64,000 nt of DNA, from NCBI GenBank assembly GCA_964586675.1, contig CAZPHQ010000003.1:66233-130232 (forward strand), in the 5' to 3' direction. The DNA comes from an uncultured Spirochaetia bacterium. Its GTDB lineage: Bacteria > Desulfobacterota_D > UBA1144 > Nemesobacterales > UBA2774. The translations under genes and the position numbers were made by a program. The notes beneath the pieces are model-generated. The model was not told where the DNA came from. It was given only the letters and a program-made list of their open reading frames with translations, and searched no databases. Below, piece after piece: positions 9,434 through 18,657 of this stretch. The first letter of the stretch is position 1. Every line of letters starts with the position of its first letter.

Positions 9434-9972
9434 CGGACGTGCTTTTTTATGAGAGTGTTCGAAGGCAGGGAGGGATCGAGCACCTTCCGGGCCGTCTCCA
9501 CCCCGGCGACGGGGAGCCTTTCGGGATCGAGGAGTCCGACCTGCACCAGCACCGACGCCTGGTCCCAGTAAATGTGCTCGCTCGCGATCTTCCCGTCTTT
9601 GAATCCAACGACGACCGCGATGGGAATCTCCACCCTTTTTCCGGTCGGCGGTATACCCGGCAGCATCCACGGCATGTCTACCGTGTGCGTGAATTTAAAT
9701 ATCAGCTCGTCGACGATAGCATCGCTCCCCACAGTGCGCGAGACCGGCTCGATCTCGACGTCCGGGGGCTGGCAGGGAATGAACCAGGTCGAGTAAAAAT
9801 CGACCACGTTTTCGGTCCCGTATCCGCCCGTCATGACGGGAACGTGATTCACGTGCGGGCCGCCGCTCATGGTCTTCATGGTGTCCTCGACATTCTTCGT
9901 CGCGAACTCGCAGTCCGTATGCTCCGTCCAAAGATCGACCATATTCTTTTGTTCAGGCGTCATATCGCTCAT
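9430..9972 (-). CDS. SnoaL-like / NTF2-fold ester-cyclase family protein.
   Basis: 180 aa. The C-terminal motif DGKIASEHIYWDQASVLVQVGLL is typical of SnoaL-like ester cyclases. It lies downstream of, and co-oriented with, the FAD monooxygenase. Confidence 0.5.
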   Translation of the reverse strand: MSDMTPEQKNMVDLWTEHTDCEFATKNVEDTMKTMSGGPHVNHVPVMTGGYGTENVVDFYSTWFIPCQPPDVEIEPVSRTVGSDAIVDELIFKFTHTVDMPWMLPGIPPTGKRVEIPIAVVVGFKDGKIASEHIYWDQASVLVQVGLLDPERLPVAGVETARKVLDPSLPSNTLIKKHVR

Positions 9973-10065
9973 TGCCCCCCTCCGCTCAACTTACTTACGG
10001 AAAGTATATTACGAATTCATTAACCCCGAAATCCGGCGAGGCGAACGAGTATTGGAAACGGGCCG

Positions 10066-11730
10066 TCAAACGAAAATTCCCTGAAGATATTCCTCGAGGT
10101 CGTCGAGACTCGCGGGCTGGTTCCTGAACCCGACGTACCCGTCCGGGCGTATCAGGTATAGCGACGCCCTTCCCGCTCCGAAGTCCTTATGCATGTGAAG
10201 CTCCCCGTCGGTCCATACGGAGCTCATGGTCTTGTAATCATCGGGCACGCCCTTCGGCCCGGCGACGACGTGTATATCCACGAGCCCTTCGTACTCAGCC
10301 ACGACGGCGACGTGGATTTTTCTCAGCTCGTCGAGCTCCATGTCCTCGGGATCGCCCCCCGTGAAGAGTAGGAGATTGTGAATCCCGTTCCTGAGAAGCC
10401 CGTAGAGGTTTCCCTCCCCGCCGGATAGGTCTTTGAGACGATAGTCCCTAACCCTCTCGCCAGCCGTGAGGTCGTGCCTGTAGCCGTGGTAGCCTTCGGC
10501 CATATCGGGCTGATACCATCTCTCGGATACCACGGGACTCTCCTTGTAATGTATCTCGACCTGCGAGAGCGTGGCGATAAGCTTTTCCTGAACCGCGTCG
10601 ATGCGGGACGCGATACCCACCACCTTGTTCCTTATCGCAGCGAGTACGGGGTTCTGTATACCGGCCATGCGCGTCGCCTTGTCCGTCAGGCTGACGACCT
10701 CCTCGCCGACGGGGTGCCGCTCGGCGTTGTAGCTGCCCAAGAGTGACTCCTGGGATTTCCCTTCGAGCACGAGCGCGAGCTTCCAGGCAAGGTTATAGGC
10801 GTCCTGTATCCCCGTATTCATACCCTGCCCGCCCATGGGGCTGTGTATGTGCGCGGCGTCGCCGGAGAGGAAAATCCTTCCGTCGCCGTACCTCTCGACC
10901 ATCCTGTGATGGAGCCTGAAATAGGCGAGCCAGTTGGGATCGGTAACGCTCTTGTATTTTATCTCCCTCTCGCCCATGAGTCTCTTCACGTCGTCGAGCG
11001 TGGGATCGGGCATCTCCTCGGTTACGGGCGCGTCCTGGAGCTCGAACATGAGCCGGCCCCTGTTTTTGTAGAGCGGAAAGTAAGCCGTGATTCCTTTCGG
11101 ATGAACGAACGCAGAGAGGTGGTGAAACGGGTATTCCCAATCCAGATCGCAGTCCGCCAGGAGCCAGTAGTTGGGATAGGGAGCCCCTTCGAACTCTAGC
11201 CCGAGAATATGCCGGACAGTGCTGTGCGACCCGTCGCACCCGGAGACGTATGCGCTTTCGATTATCTCTTCGGAGCCGTCGGGGAGCTTCACGTGCGAGC
11301 GGCACTTGTCCGCGCCCCTGTCTATCGCGAGCAGCTCCTTTTCCCTCTCGACATTTATGCCGTAGGATTCGAGGCGCTCGTTGAGTACCTTCTCCGTGTC
11401 GCTCTGGGCGAGTATAAGGAGGTAGGGATACTTACTCTCTATCGAGCTGAAGGAAAGGCTCGCGAGCGGCCGCCCGCGGTCGTATATGTCGAAGCCGTTG
11501 CATATGTTGCCCCCGTCGAGAACGGAGTCTATGAGGCCCATGTTCTCGAAGACCTCCATCGTCCGGGCGTGGATGCCGAAGGCCTTCGACTTGTCCGAAG
11601 GAGCTGAGGCCTTGTCGATTATCCTGAACGAAATACCCCTTCGGGCGAGCTCGCAAGCCATCGTGAGCCCTGTCGGGCCCGCGCCGATTATAAGAACCCC
11701 TATACCGGAACCTGACATTTTAGCCTCCAT
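10066..11730 (-). CDS. FAD-dependent aromatic-ring monooxygenase (PheA/TfdB-like).
   Basis: The N-terminal GxGxxG (VLIIGAGPTGL), the DG motif and the GD...H FAD-binding motifs are present. 554 aa. Confidence 0.8.
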   Translation of the reverse strand: MEAKMSGSGIGVLIIGAGPTGLTMACELARRGISFRIIDKASAPSDKSKAFGIHARTMEVFENMGLIDSVLDGGNICNGFDIYDRGRPLASLSFSSIESKYPYLLILAQSDTEKVLNERLESYGINVEREKELLAIDRGADKCRSHVKLPDGSEEIIESAYVSGCDGSHSTVRHILGLEFEGAPYPNYWLLADCDLDWEYPFHHLSAFVHPKGITAYFPLYKNRGRLMFELQDAPVTEEMPDPTLDDVKRLMGEREIKYKSVTDPNWLAYFRLHHRMVERYGDGRIFLSGDAAHIHSPMGGQGMNTGIQDAYNLAWKLALVLEGKSQESLLGSYNAERHPVGEEVVSLTDKATRMAGIQNPVLAAIRNKVVGIASRIDAVQEKLIATLSQVEIHYKESPVVSERWYQPDMAEGYHGYRHDLTAGERVRDYRLKDLSGGEGNLYGLLRNGIHNLLLFTGGDPEDMELDELRKIHVAVVAEYEGLVDIHVVAGPKGVPDDYKTMSSVWTDGELHMHKDFGAGRASLYLIRPDGYVGFRNQPASLDDLEEYLQGIFV

Positions 11731-11896
11731 TGCCGGCGGGGACGGAGCGAAAAACCGGAAGACCCGATGCGCGGCGCGGTGAATTTATTCCGGCGAATAA
11801 ATTATACAAACCTCCGCGCGTCAGGCCAAATTTATCCCGGCATTCGGTTTCACATCAGTTATAAATTGGCGTCGGGCTCGCTGAAAAGCGCGCCGA

Positions 11897-12961
11897 TCAT
11901 TTGCCGCCGGAGGAGAGGCCGGCCAGCTTCCCGATCGGCCCCGCGGGGTCTATAACTTCCTTTAAGGCCGAATACGGAACCGTAACGAAGTAAGAGCCCT
12001 CGGCGTATGAGCCGACGGCGTACGGGGCGAAGGCTATCGATATGCCCCTCGGGGAGACGGCGAACGCGCCGAGGTCATCGGTGCCGAGCTCTTTTAACTG
12101 GCCGTCGACGACCCATCCTGCATTTTGCCTGCGAAGCTCGTTGATGCAGTAATCCGAGAGCGTTTTAAGGTAATTCGAGTTAAGTAGAAAGAGATCGGAG
12201 AGCTTCAGCAGGACGGGCTTTCCGTCCTTTATCCAGTAATTCGAAGACATGTAATTGGTGTTGCCGTGCGCGCCGCCGCTGTATACGAATATTTCCCCCG
12301 ACAGGCTCACGAGATCGCTGGAGTAGAACTCGACGGCGTAGTTATATCTCTCCTGCCATTCGGCCCTCGCTTCTTCTGTCTTGAAGTATTCCTCCGCCTC
12401 TTTCGTGAACCTCGCCTGCTCGGCTAGAGCGTTCTTTTCGAGGTCCTTCGAGATCTCCTCGAACGGTTTCAATCCCGAAATGAAATCGGGATACATGTAC
12501 GACATCTCGTATTTCCCGCCGGCCTTCGTTTCAGACCAGATGTAGTATGCGACCTTATTCAGCTTGAAAGGTATCTTGTCCTTCCCGCCGGCCTTCATCC
12601 ATTTCCCTTCGATCGTCTTCGCGTAGTTGGTCCCCTCGGATTCGAGCTTCCCGGCGAAGGTCCCCGTCCTGTTGCCCTTATCGTCCTGCTCGACGAGGGT
12701 GACGATGGAGGTTTCCGTATCGATGCTGCCCGTAAGCGAAAGCGGCGTTCCTATTTTGTCGTACATGTAAGAACCCGTGACGCCGGATGAGTCCATCACA
12801 AGCTCCATCTGTATCGAGAGACCGTCGCCCAGTATCCCCGTGTAGTAGTACCTCGATTCGGGGCGGTCATCTTCCTGGCTTGAGACATTCGCCGGCGCGG
12901 CGAGGGCCGAGAAAAAAAGCAGCATGGCTAGGGCGCCTGCAATCCGCTTCCACGTTTTCAT
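11897..12961 (-). CDS. Secreted DUF3298/DUF4163-like (RsiV-like) protein.
   Basis: N-terminal signal peptide MKTWKRIAGALAMLLFFSALAAPA. A YSGGAHG motif typical of DUF3298 is present. Confidence 0.5.
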   Translation of the reverse strand: MKTWKRIAGALAMLLFFSALAAPANVSSQEDDRPESRYYYTGILGDGLSIQMELVMDSSGVTGSYMYDKIGTPLSLTGSIDTETSIVTLVEQDDKGNRTGTFAGKLESEGTNYAKTIEGKWMKAGGKDKIPFKLNKVAYYIWSETKAGGKYEMSYMYPDFISGLKPFEEISKDLEKNALAEQARFTKEAEEYFKTEEARAEWQERYNYAVEFYSSDLVSLSGEIFVYSGGAHGNTNYMSSNYWIKDGKPVLLKLSDLFLLNSNYLKTLSDYCINELRRQNAGWVVDGQLKELGTDDLGAFAVSPRGISIAFAPYAVGSYAEGSYFVTVPYSALKEVIDPAGPIGKLAGLSSGGK

Positions 12962-13194
12962 TTATGAGCTCCCCTTTGAATCTCCGATTTAGACCCAGGT
13001 TAAAATATAATACGGGATAACCGCCTGGGAAGTCCACCCCCGACTATTTTGGCCGCCTGGCATTACGATTTTTTGTCAAAGCGGTGCCGCAAATTTTCCA
13101 GTTTCAGACGCGCGGCTGCGCTGAAAGAGAAAACACTTCTGGAAATAATGCAGTATTGAAAAGGGATTATGATATCATTCGGAAACGGCACGCA

Positions 13195-13228
13195 ATTTGC
13201 ACTGTTATAAATTTGCAATGTTATAAAT
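13195..13228. repeat. Tandem direct repeat of a 16/17-mer, (A)TTTGCAnTGTTATAAAT x2, lying between suhB and the DUF3298 gene.
   Basis: atttgcactgttataaat is followed immediately by ttgcaatgttataaat. The local context is AT-rich and intergenic. Confidence 0.6.
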
Positions 13229-13348
13229 GCGGCGTTTTAAAATCGAAGTACACGCACTTATTCCCCATCCTCTAAAGGGCGGCTACCGAAGAGATTCGCG
13301 ACCCGCCCTTGAATTCTTCCCGGCGAAGAAAAGAGCGGCGTTGCCCGG

Positions 13349-14170
13349 TCAGGTGAGGGCGAGGATTTCCATCATACTCTTGTGTATACCGGGAGCGCTA
13401 GCGAGGATTTCCTTCACATAAATACTGAAAGGCTCTCCGTTTAAGCGGGTGACTACGCCCCCCGCCTCCTCGACTATCAAGACCCCGGCTGCGGTGTCCC
13501 AGGGGTTAAGGCCGAGCTCCCAGAATCCGTCGAACCTTCCGCATGCGAGGTAGCAGAGGTCGAGCGCGGCAGAGCCGTCCCGCCTGACAGCGCGTGATGC
13601 CCTGATGAAGTTGGCGAAGTGCCTGAGATTATCTTCGACGATCTTCGGGCTCTCGTGAACGAAGCCCGTGACGAGATGGCTCTCGTCGAGCCGCTTCGTC
13701 TTCGTTACGTGTATTCGCCGGCCGTTCAGGAAAGCGCCCTTTCCGAGCTCCGCCGTGAACATCTCGTCTTTCACGGGATCATATACGAGCCCCGCCTTCA
13801 GCTGCCCCTTTATTTCGAGCGCGATGGACACGGCGAAGAATGGATATGCGTGAGCGTAGTTAGTAGTGCCGTCGAGGGGATCTATGAGCCATACATGATC
13901 CGAGCCGTTCGAATGCCTGCCCGATTCCTCGGCGAATATGTCGTGCGTGTGAAACGTCTCTTTTATACGGCTGACGATGAGGTCCTCGGAGAGCTTGTCG
14001 GCCTCGGTGACGAGATTGTTCTTTCCCTTGTAATCTATGTCCCTGACTCTCCCCAGGTGTTCGATAAGGATTGCGCCGGCTTCCCTTGCCGCCTTTTCAG
14101 CTACTTCGAGGTATCTCAAGCTAGACTCCCATACAGCCAGGTTGTTACATTTGACGCGCTTCGAAGGCAT
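13349..14170 (-). CDS. suhB: Inositol monophosphatase family protein (SuhB-like).
   Basis: WLIDPLDGTTNY and WDTAAG motifs. 273 aa. Confidence 0.8.
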   Translation of the reverse strand: MPSKRVKCNNLAVWESSLRYLEVAEKAAREAGAILIEHLGRVRDIDYKGKNNLVTEADKLSEDLIVSRIKETFHTHDIFAEESGRHSNGSDHVWLIDPLDGTTNYAHAYPFFAVSIALEIKGQLKAGLVYDPVKDEMFTAELGKGAFLNGRRIHVTKTKRLDESHLVTGFVHESPKIVEDNLRHFANFIRASRAVRRDGSAALDLCYLACGRFDGFWELGLNPWDTAAGVLIVEEAGGVVTRLNGEPFSIYVKEILASAPGIHKSMMEILALT

Positions 14171-14256
14171 TATTTTACACTATCCGGAGGGAGTCGCGGA
14201 TACCTCTTAAAACAGGACTGAATTTACCGCATCGGTCGAGCGGGCGCCGGGAAGCG

Positions 14257-14460
14257 TTACTCCGCCGGAGCCTCTGGAATGATTATCCACCCAAGCACGT
14301 AGACGAGAATGGCGGTTCCGGCTGTAAAGAGGCCTATAAGCGCGACTATGAGCCTTATAAGCGTAGGATCTATGGAATACATCTCCCCTAACCCGCCGCA
14401 GATGCCTGCTATCATCCTGTCGGTTTTGGAGCGATGGAGCTTTTTAATATCATCGGCCAT
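14257..14460 (-). CDS. PspC-domain membrane protein. Start taken at the internal ATG (MADDIKKL...).
   Basis: RSKTDRMIAGICGGLGEMYSIDPTLIRLIVAL is a PspC domain followed by a TM helix. A GGAGGT SD lies 5 nt upstream of the ATG at 14458-14460. Confidence 0.6.
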   Translation of the reverse strand: MADDIKKLHRSKTDRMIAGICGGLGEMYSIDPTLIRLIVALIGLFTAGTAILVYVLGWIIIPEAPAE

Positions 14461-14691
14461 TTTGCACCTCCGAAAGAAAGATTTCTGAATATGAGTATAC
14501 CTCAAAGTCAGCGGCGCTCCGCGGTTTTCTTACGTGCGAATTCCCCGAGCGCTCCGGCTCTCAATCCAGCGGAGCGATCTCGGCATCCGTGGTGAAAAAC
14601 CTTGTCTTTGCTATAATAATAAAACTCCCCGCCGATGCGGCTCCGGACAGCACGGATAGCGCATAGCGGGAACGACATACGGAGGAGACTA

Positions 14692-15120
14692 ATGAAAGAT
14701 ACTCTCAAGCCGGGCCTTAAATTCGAATTCGATTTCAAAATACCCGAATCGAAGACCGTACCTTATATTTATCCCGAATCCGAGGAATTCCAGATAATGC
14801 CGAGGGTGTTTTCGACGGGTTTCATGATCGGGCTCATCGAATGGGCGTGCGTGAGATTCACGAAAGACCACCTCGACTGGCCGAGGGAGCAGTCCGTAGG
14901 TATCGACGTCAGGCTCAATCACCTGGCGGCCACACCCCCGGGTTTAACTGTAAAGGTAAACGGAGAGCTCACTGCCGTCGAAGGCAGGAAGCTCTCGTTC
15001 GCCGTATCCGCTCACGACGGCGTCGACCTCATAACCGAGGGGACGCATCAGAGATTCGTCGTCGACGCCGAGAAGTTCACGGCCAAGGCCGCAGAAAAGG
15101 CAAAACAGGCCGGGGTCTGA
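14692..15120 (+). CDS. Hotdog-fold thioesterase of the FlK (fluoroacetyl-CoA thioesterase) family.
   Basis: Motifs VFSTGFMIGLIEWACVRF and NHLAATPPGLTV retain the Thr/Glu/His catalytic residues and the gating Phe that I recall from Streptomyces cattleya FlK. A GGAGG RBS precedes the ATG at 14692. Confidence 0.7.
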   Translation: MKDTLKPGLKFEFDFKIPESKTVPYIYPESEEFQIMPRVFSTGFMIGLIEWACVRFTKDHLDWPREQSVGIDVRLNHLAATPPGLTVKVNGELTAVEGRKLSFAVSAHDGVDLITEGTHQRFVVDAEKFTAKAAEKAKQAGV

Positions 15121-15136
15121 GAGGGAGCCTAGCAAT

Positions 15137-15856
15137 ATGGCAAAGGATAAATTTGACGTAAAAGCGCTCACTTTCGATGTTTTTGGAACGGTCGTCGACT
15201 GGCGAGGCTCGATAATAAGGGAATGCGAGGCGCTCGGCAAGCGGAAGGGCATGATACGCGACTGGGCGCGCTTCGCCGACGAGTGGAGGGGGGGCTACGC
15301 CCCGGCCATGAACCTCGTAAGGAAAGGCGAGCTCAAGTGGACGAATATCGACACCCTTCACAGGATGGTGCTCGACAGGCTGCTTTCTGAATTCGAGATA
15401 GAAGAGCTGACGGAAGAAGAGAAGGATAACCTCAACCGCGCATGGCACAGGCTGAGCCCGTGGCCCGATTCGATAGCAGGCATGGAGAGATTGAGGACGC
15501 TCTACGTCGTAGCAAGCCTCTCGAACGGTAACGTTTCATTGCTCGTCGATATGGCGAAAAACGCGGGGCTGCCGTGGGACTGCGTCCTCTCGTCCGAGCT
15601 CGCGAGGCACTACAAGCCGGACAAGGAAGTCTATCTCATGGCCGTCTCGCTTCTCGGTCTCGAACCGGATGAAGTGATGATGACAGCCGCGCACAGGGAC
15701 GACCTCGAAGCCGCCCGGAGCTTCGGCTTAAAGACCGCGTTCATATCGCGGCCGCTGGAGTTCGGCCCGGACGGAAAGCCGGATACGGCTTCTCAGGGAG
15801 AATTCGATGTCGTCGCGGAAAGCATAATCGACCTCGCTCAAAAGCTCGGCGTGTGA
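15137..15856 (+). CDS. HAD-family hydrolase resembling L-2-haloacid dehalogenase (type II).
   Basis: The N-terminal LTFDVFGTVVDW matches the L-DEX motif (D-x-Y/F-G-T-L). A K-P-D-x-x-x-Y segment (HYKPDKEVY) is present. The gene lies 16 nt downstream of the FlK-like thioesterase on the same strand. Confidence 0.65.
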   Translation: MAKDKFDVKALTFDVFGTVVDWRGSIIRECEALGKRKGMIRDWARFADEWRGGYAPAMNLVRKGELKWTNIDTLHRMVLDRLLSEFEIEELTEEEKDNLNRAWHRLSPWPDSIAGMERLRTLYVVASLSNGNVSLLVDMAKNAGLPWDCVLSSELARHYKPDKEVYLMAVSLLGLEPDEVMMTAAHRDDLEAARSFGLKTAFISRPLEFGPDGKPDTASQGEFDVVAESIIDLAQKLGV

Positions 15857-15868
15857 TTGGGACGCCTT

Positions 15869-15903
15869 CGGAGTCGCCTTTCGACGATTAAATCGTCTCG
15901 AAG
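15869..15903. terminator. Imperfect hairpin between the convergent HAD-dehalogenase and ABC-exporter genes. Possible bidirectional terminator.
   Basis: CCTTTCGACGATtaaATCGTCTCGAAGG is an inverted repeat lying in the 30-nt convergent gap. Confidence 0.35.
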
Positions 15904-17612
15904 GTCTGTATCCTGTAGAGCCCGGCGTAAATCCCGTTTTTCTGCATGAGCTCCCCGTGCCCGCCGTGCTCGACGAGCCTTCCCTTTTCGAATACGGCCA
16001 CGGAGTCGAAGCCGCTAATGGACGGTACCCTGCTCGATATCGCGAGCAGCGTCCTTCCCTTCATCTCTCTTCTGAGGTTCCTTAAAACGAGGCTCTCCGT
16101 CCTGAGGTCGAGGGACGAGAAAACGTCGTCGAGTATAAGCACTGCCGGCTTTAAAAGTAGAGCCCGCGCGAGCGCTATCCTCTGCCTCTGCCCGCCCGAG
16201 AGCGTAAGCCCCCTCTCGCCGACCCTCGCGTCGAAGCCCCCGGGAAATTCCATTATGTCGTCGTATATCTCGGCGATCCTGGCCGCGTTTCCTATCTCTT
16301 CGTCGGAGAGCGCTGGGTTCATGAACGAGATATTGTCCCGGACAGTCCCGCTGAAAACAGTCGTCTCCTGGGGGACGTAAACGACCCCTTTCCTGAGGCT
16401 CTCTTTTTTGATGTCGCGCACGTCGACGCCGTCTATGAAGACTGTCCCGAACGGGGGCTCTTCGACCCTCGTCAGGAGCTGAAAGAGGGTGCTCTTGCCC
16501 GAGCCGGTGGCCCCGGTGATTCCGACGGCAGAGCCCCTCGGGATTTTGAGCGACACGTCCTTGAGAACCCTTTTGCCGTTGTATGAAAAACTTAAATTCC
16601 TGAATTCGACGTCGCCCTTTATGTCGACGTCTCGCGTGCCTGTTTCGGTTACAGACTGCGGGGTTTCGAGGAGTATGTCGTTAATCCTGTTGAGCGAGGC
16701 GTTACCCCTCTTGATTATGTCGACGGCCCACCCCATGGCCATCATAGGCCAGGTGAGCATGGTGAGGTAAAGGAGTATCGCGGCGAAGTTCCCGAGGGTT
16801 ATGTCGAGTGTTATCGTCTTAACCCCGCCGAGCCAGAGGAATATGGCGGTCGCTACTCCGGCAAGGAATGTGATGACGGGCTGGTAGACGCCCCATATCT
16901 TTATGACCCTCAGGTTCTTGTCGAGGTAATCCGCGCTCGCGTTGCCGAAATCCGCACCCTCCTCCTTCTCCCTCACGAACGCCTTCACGACCTTTATGCC
17001 CGATATCGAAGTACGCGCGCTCTCGGTAAGCTCCGAAAAAGAATCCTGCACCCTCTGGAACCTCTTTTCGATCATGTTGCCGAACTTGATGATTATGAAG
17101 GCGAGTATCGGGAACGGGATGAAAGCGTAGAGCGTGAGCACGGGCGAGATGTAGAGCATCGCGCCGAATATGAATACGAGAAGGAAGATACCATCGTAGG
17201 CTATGAGAACGCCGAGTCCGCAGGCGAACTTCAGCGTCTCGATGTCGTTGACAGTATGGGCCATGAGGTCGCCGACCTTTTTACGGGAGAAGAAATCGAA
17301 CTGTAGCCCCTGGAGGTGCTCGAAGAATTCGTTACGCAGTGATTGTTCTATCTTCCTCGCCGCCCCCATTATGAAATAGCGCCAGAAGAACCTGAATATC
17401 GACATGGTGACGGCTATGGCGAGCATCACGAGGCCGTACTTCGATATGTCGTTGAAATCCGCGCCTTCGAGCGTGAGCGCATCGACGACGCGCTCTATGA
17501 CGAGGGGGATCGAAAGCTGGCATAGATCGACTATCGAGAGGGCGAGAAGGCCGGCGAGAAACGAGTATTTATAACTCAGGAGAAGAGATAATATAGTCTT
17601 CTTTTTGCTCAT
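15888..17612 (-). CDS. ABC exporter with fused permease and ATPase (MsbA/multidrug type). Probable start at MSKKKTIL.
   Basis: Six N-terminal TM helices. Walker A (GATGSGKST), ABC signature (LSGGQRQR) and Walker B (ILDDVFSSLD) are present. Confidence 0.85.
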   Translation of the reverse strand: MSKKKTILSLLLSYKYSFLAGLLALSIVDLCQLSIPLVIERVVDALTLEGADFNDISKYGLVMLAIAVTMSIFRFFWRYFIMGAARKIEQSLRNEFFEHLQGLQFDFFSRKKVGDLMAHTVNDIETLKFACGLGVLIAYDGIFLLVFIFGAMLYISPVLTLYAFIPFPILAFIIIKFGNMIEKRFQRVQDSFSELTESARTSISGIKVVKAFVREKEEGADFGNASADYLDKNLRVIKIWGVYQPVITFLAGVATAIFLWLGGVKTITLDITLGNFAAILLYLTMLTWPMMAMGWAVDIIKRGNASLNRINDILLETPQSVTETGTRDVDIKGDVEFRNLSFSYNGKRVLKDVSLKIPRGSAVGITGATGSGKSTLFQLLTRVEEPPFGTVFIDGVDVRDIKKESLRKGVVYVPQETTVFSGTVRDNISFMNPALSDEEIGNAARIAEIYDDIMEFPGGFDARVGERGLTLSGGQRQRIALARALLLKPAVLILDDVFSSLDLRTESLVLRNLRREMKGRTLLAISSRVPSISGFDSVAVFEKGRLVEHGGHGELMQKNGIYAGLYRIQTFETI

Positions 17613-17841
17613 AATTATTTGCGTTGGAAAGCGCCGGGGATGCCCTTTCAAAAGGCCTGTCTCAGGGCATTAGTATACCAGAACGAAGAGGCGGAAATGC
17701 CGCGGCCCGGCGGGATAGCCGGGCCGCGTTGGAAGCATGTTTCAGGATTATTAAGAATTCCACGGTCCGGCAGCGGCGAAATTTATCCCCTGTGCGGCTG
17801 CCGTCATTTTACAGCTGGAACGAAAACCGGCCCGCAGGGGA

Positions 17842-18414
17842 TCACTGCGGGGCGCCCAGGCCGCGACCCATCTCGGCCGCTTTCAGGATTTTTCCGTCGT
17901 GCGAGTACTGCGCGTAGAACCAGCCCCCTTCCGGTTTCCCGCCGCCTAGATTGATTACGGCGTTTATAGTCTTGAGCTCCTTGGCCTCGTCATACTGCTC
18001 TTCGACTATGATCGAGCCCGGTGGAAGCGGGGTTGCTTTGCTCTCGAGCGCCTTCTCGGCTATGGGATTTAAATAGGTTACGAGCGATTCGTCCGCGGCG
18101 CCTTCGGCCTTGTGCTGTTTCCAGTTTATCTTGTATTGCTCGGTTTCTATGAGCTTCCAGAGCTCCTTGGCCATTTCCTCGGGGGCTTTCTTTTCGAGTC
18201 TCGAGAGCTGCTCCTGGTGAAGTTCCTCGGTTTTTTCGACCGCGTCGTCCCCGGCCTTTTCGGCTTCCTTTTCAGCCTCTTTGACAATGCTCTCGGGCGA
18301 CGTGGTACCGGAACCGGCCGTGGTCCCTTCGCTCTTTTCTCCGGACTGGCCGCATGCGGCAATACCCGCGCTTATTGTCATCAATAATATCAACAGAAAA
18401 CTTGTCGCTCTCAT
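17842..18414 (-). CDS. Lipoprotein of unknown function.
   Basis: Signal peptide with a lipobox (LLMTISAGIAAC). Lys/Glu-rich linker. The C-terminal LPPGSIIVEE...GGWFYAQYSHDGK segment is unassigned. Confidence 0.45.
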   Translation of the reverse strand: MRATSFLLILLMTISAGIAACGQSGEKSEGTTAGSGTTSPESIVKEAEKEAEKAGDDAVEKTEELHQEQLSRLEKKAPEEMAKELWKLIETEQYKINWKQHKAEGAADESLVTYLNPIAEKALESKATPLPPGSIIVEEQYDEAKELKTINAVINLGGGKPEGGWFYAQYSHDGKILKAAEMGRGLGAPQ

Positions 18415-18577
18415 TATCTCCTCCGGTTTTTGAGTGTTTATTCTATCATCACGGCACGAAAAAATCCAAGCCCCGAAGGGGTTAAACGATGCTCGGGCCG
18501 TCGTAACCCTCTTGACTTCACGGCAGGTTCACAATTCCGGCCGCCATCACATTTTTTTCACGGGCGAAAAAAAACGC

Positions 18578-18606
18578 TTGACAAAAAATTTCAGATATAC
18601 TAATAT
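18578..18606 (+). promoter_or_regulatory. Sigma70-like promoter of the tetR-aminotransferase operon: TTGACA, 17-nt spacer, TAATAT.
   Basis: TTGACA at 18578-18583 and TAATAT at 18601-18606, with a 17-nt spacer. About 50 nt upstream of the tetR ORF. Confidence 0.55.
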
Positions 18607-18613
18607 CCTCATG

Positions 18614-18627
18614 ACTGACTAGTCAGT
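18614..18627. promoter_or_regulatory. Perfect 14-bp palindrome, ACTGACTAGTCAGT. Probable TetR operator.
   Basis: The palindrome lies immediately downstream of the -10 element and upstream of tetR. TetR-family autoregulation through such palindromes is typical. Confidence 0.55.
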
Positions 18628-18657
18628 TCAGCCACTGGGGTTAGGGTCACAAACCAA

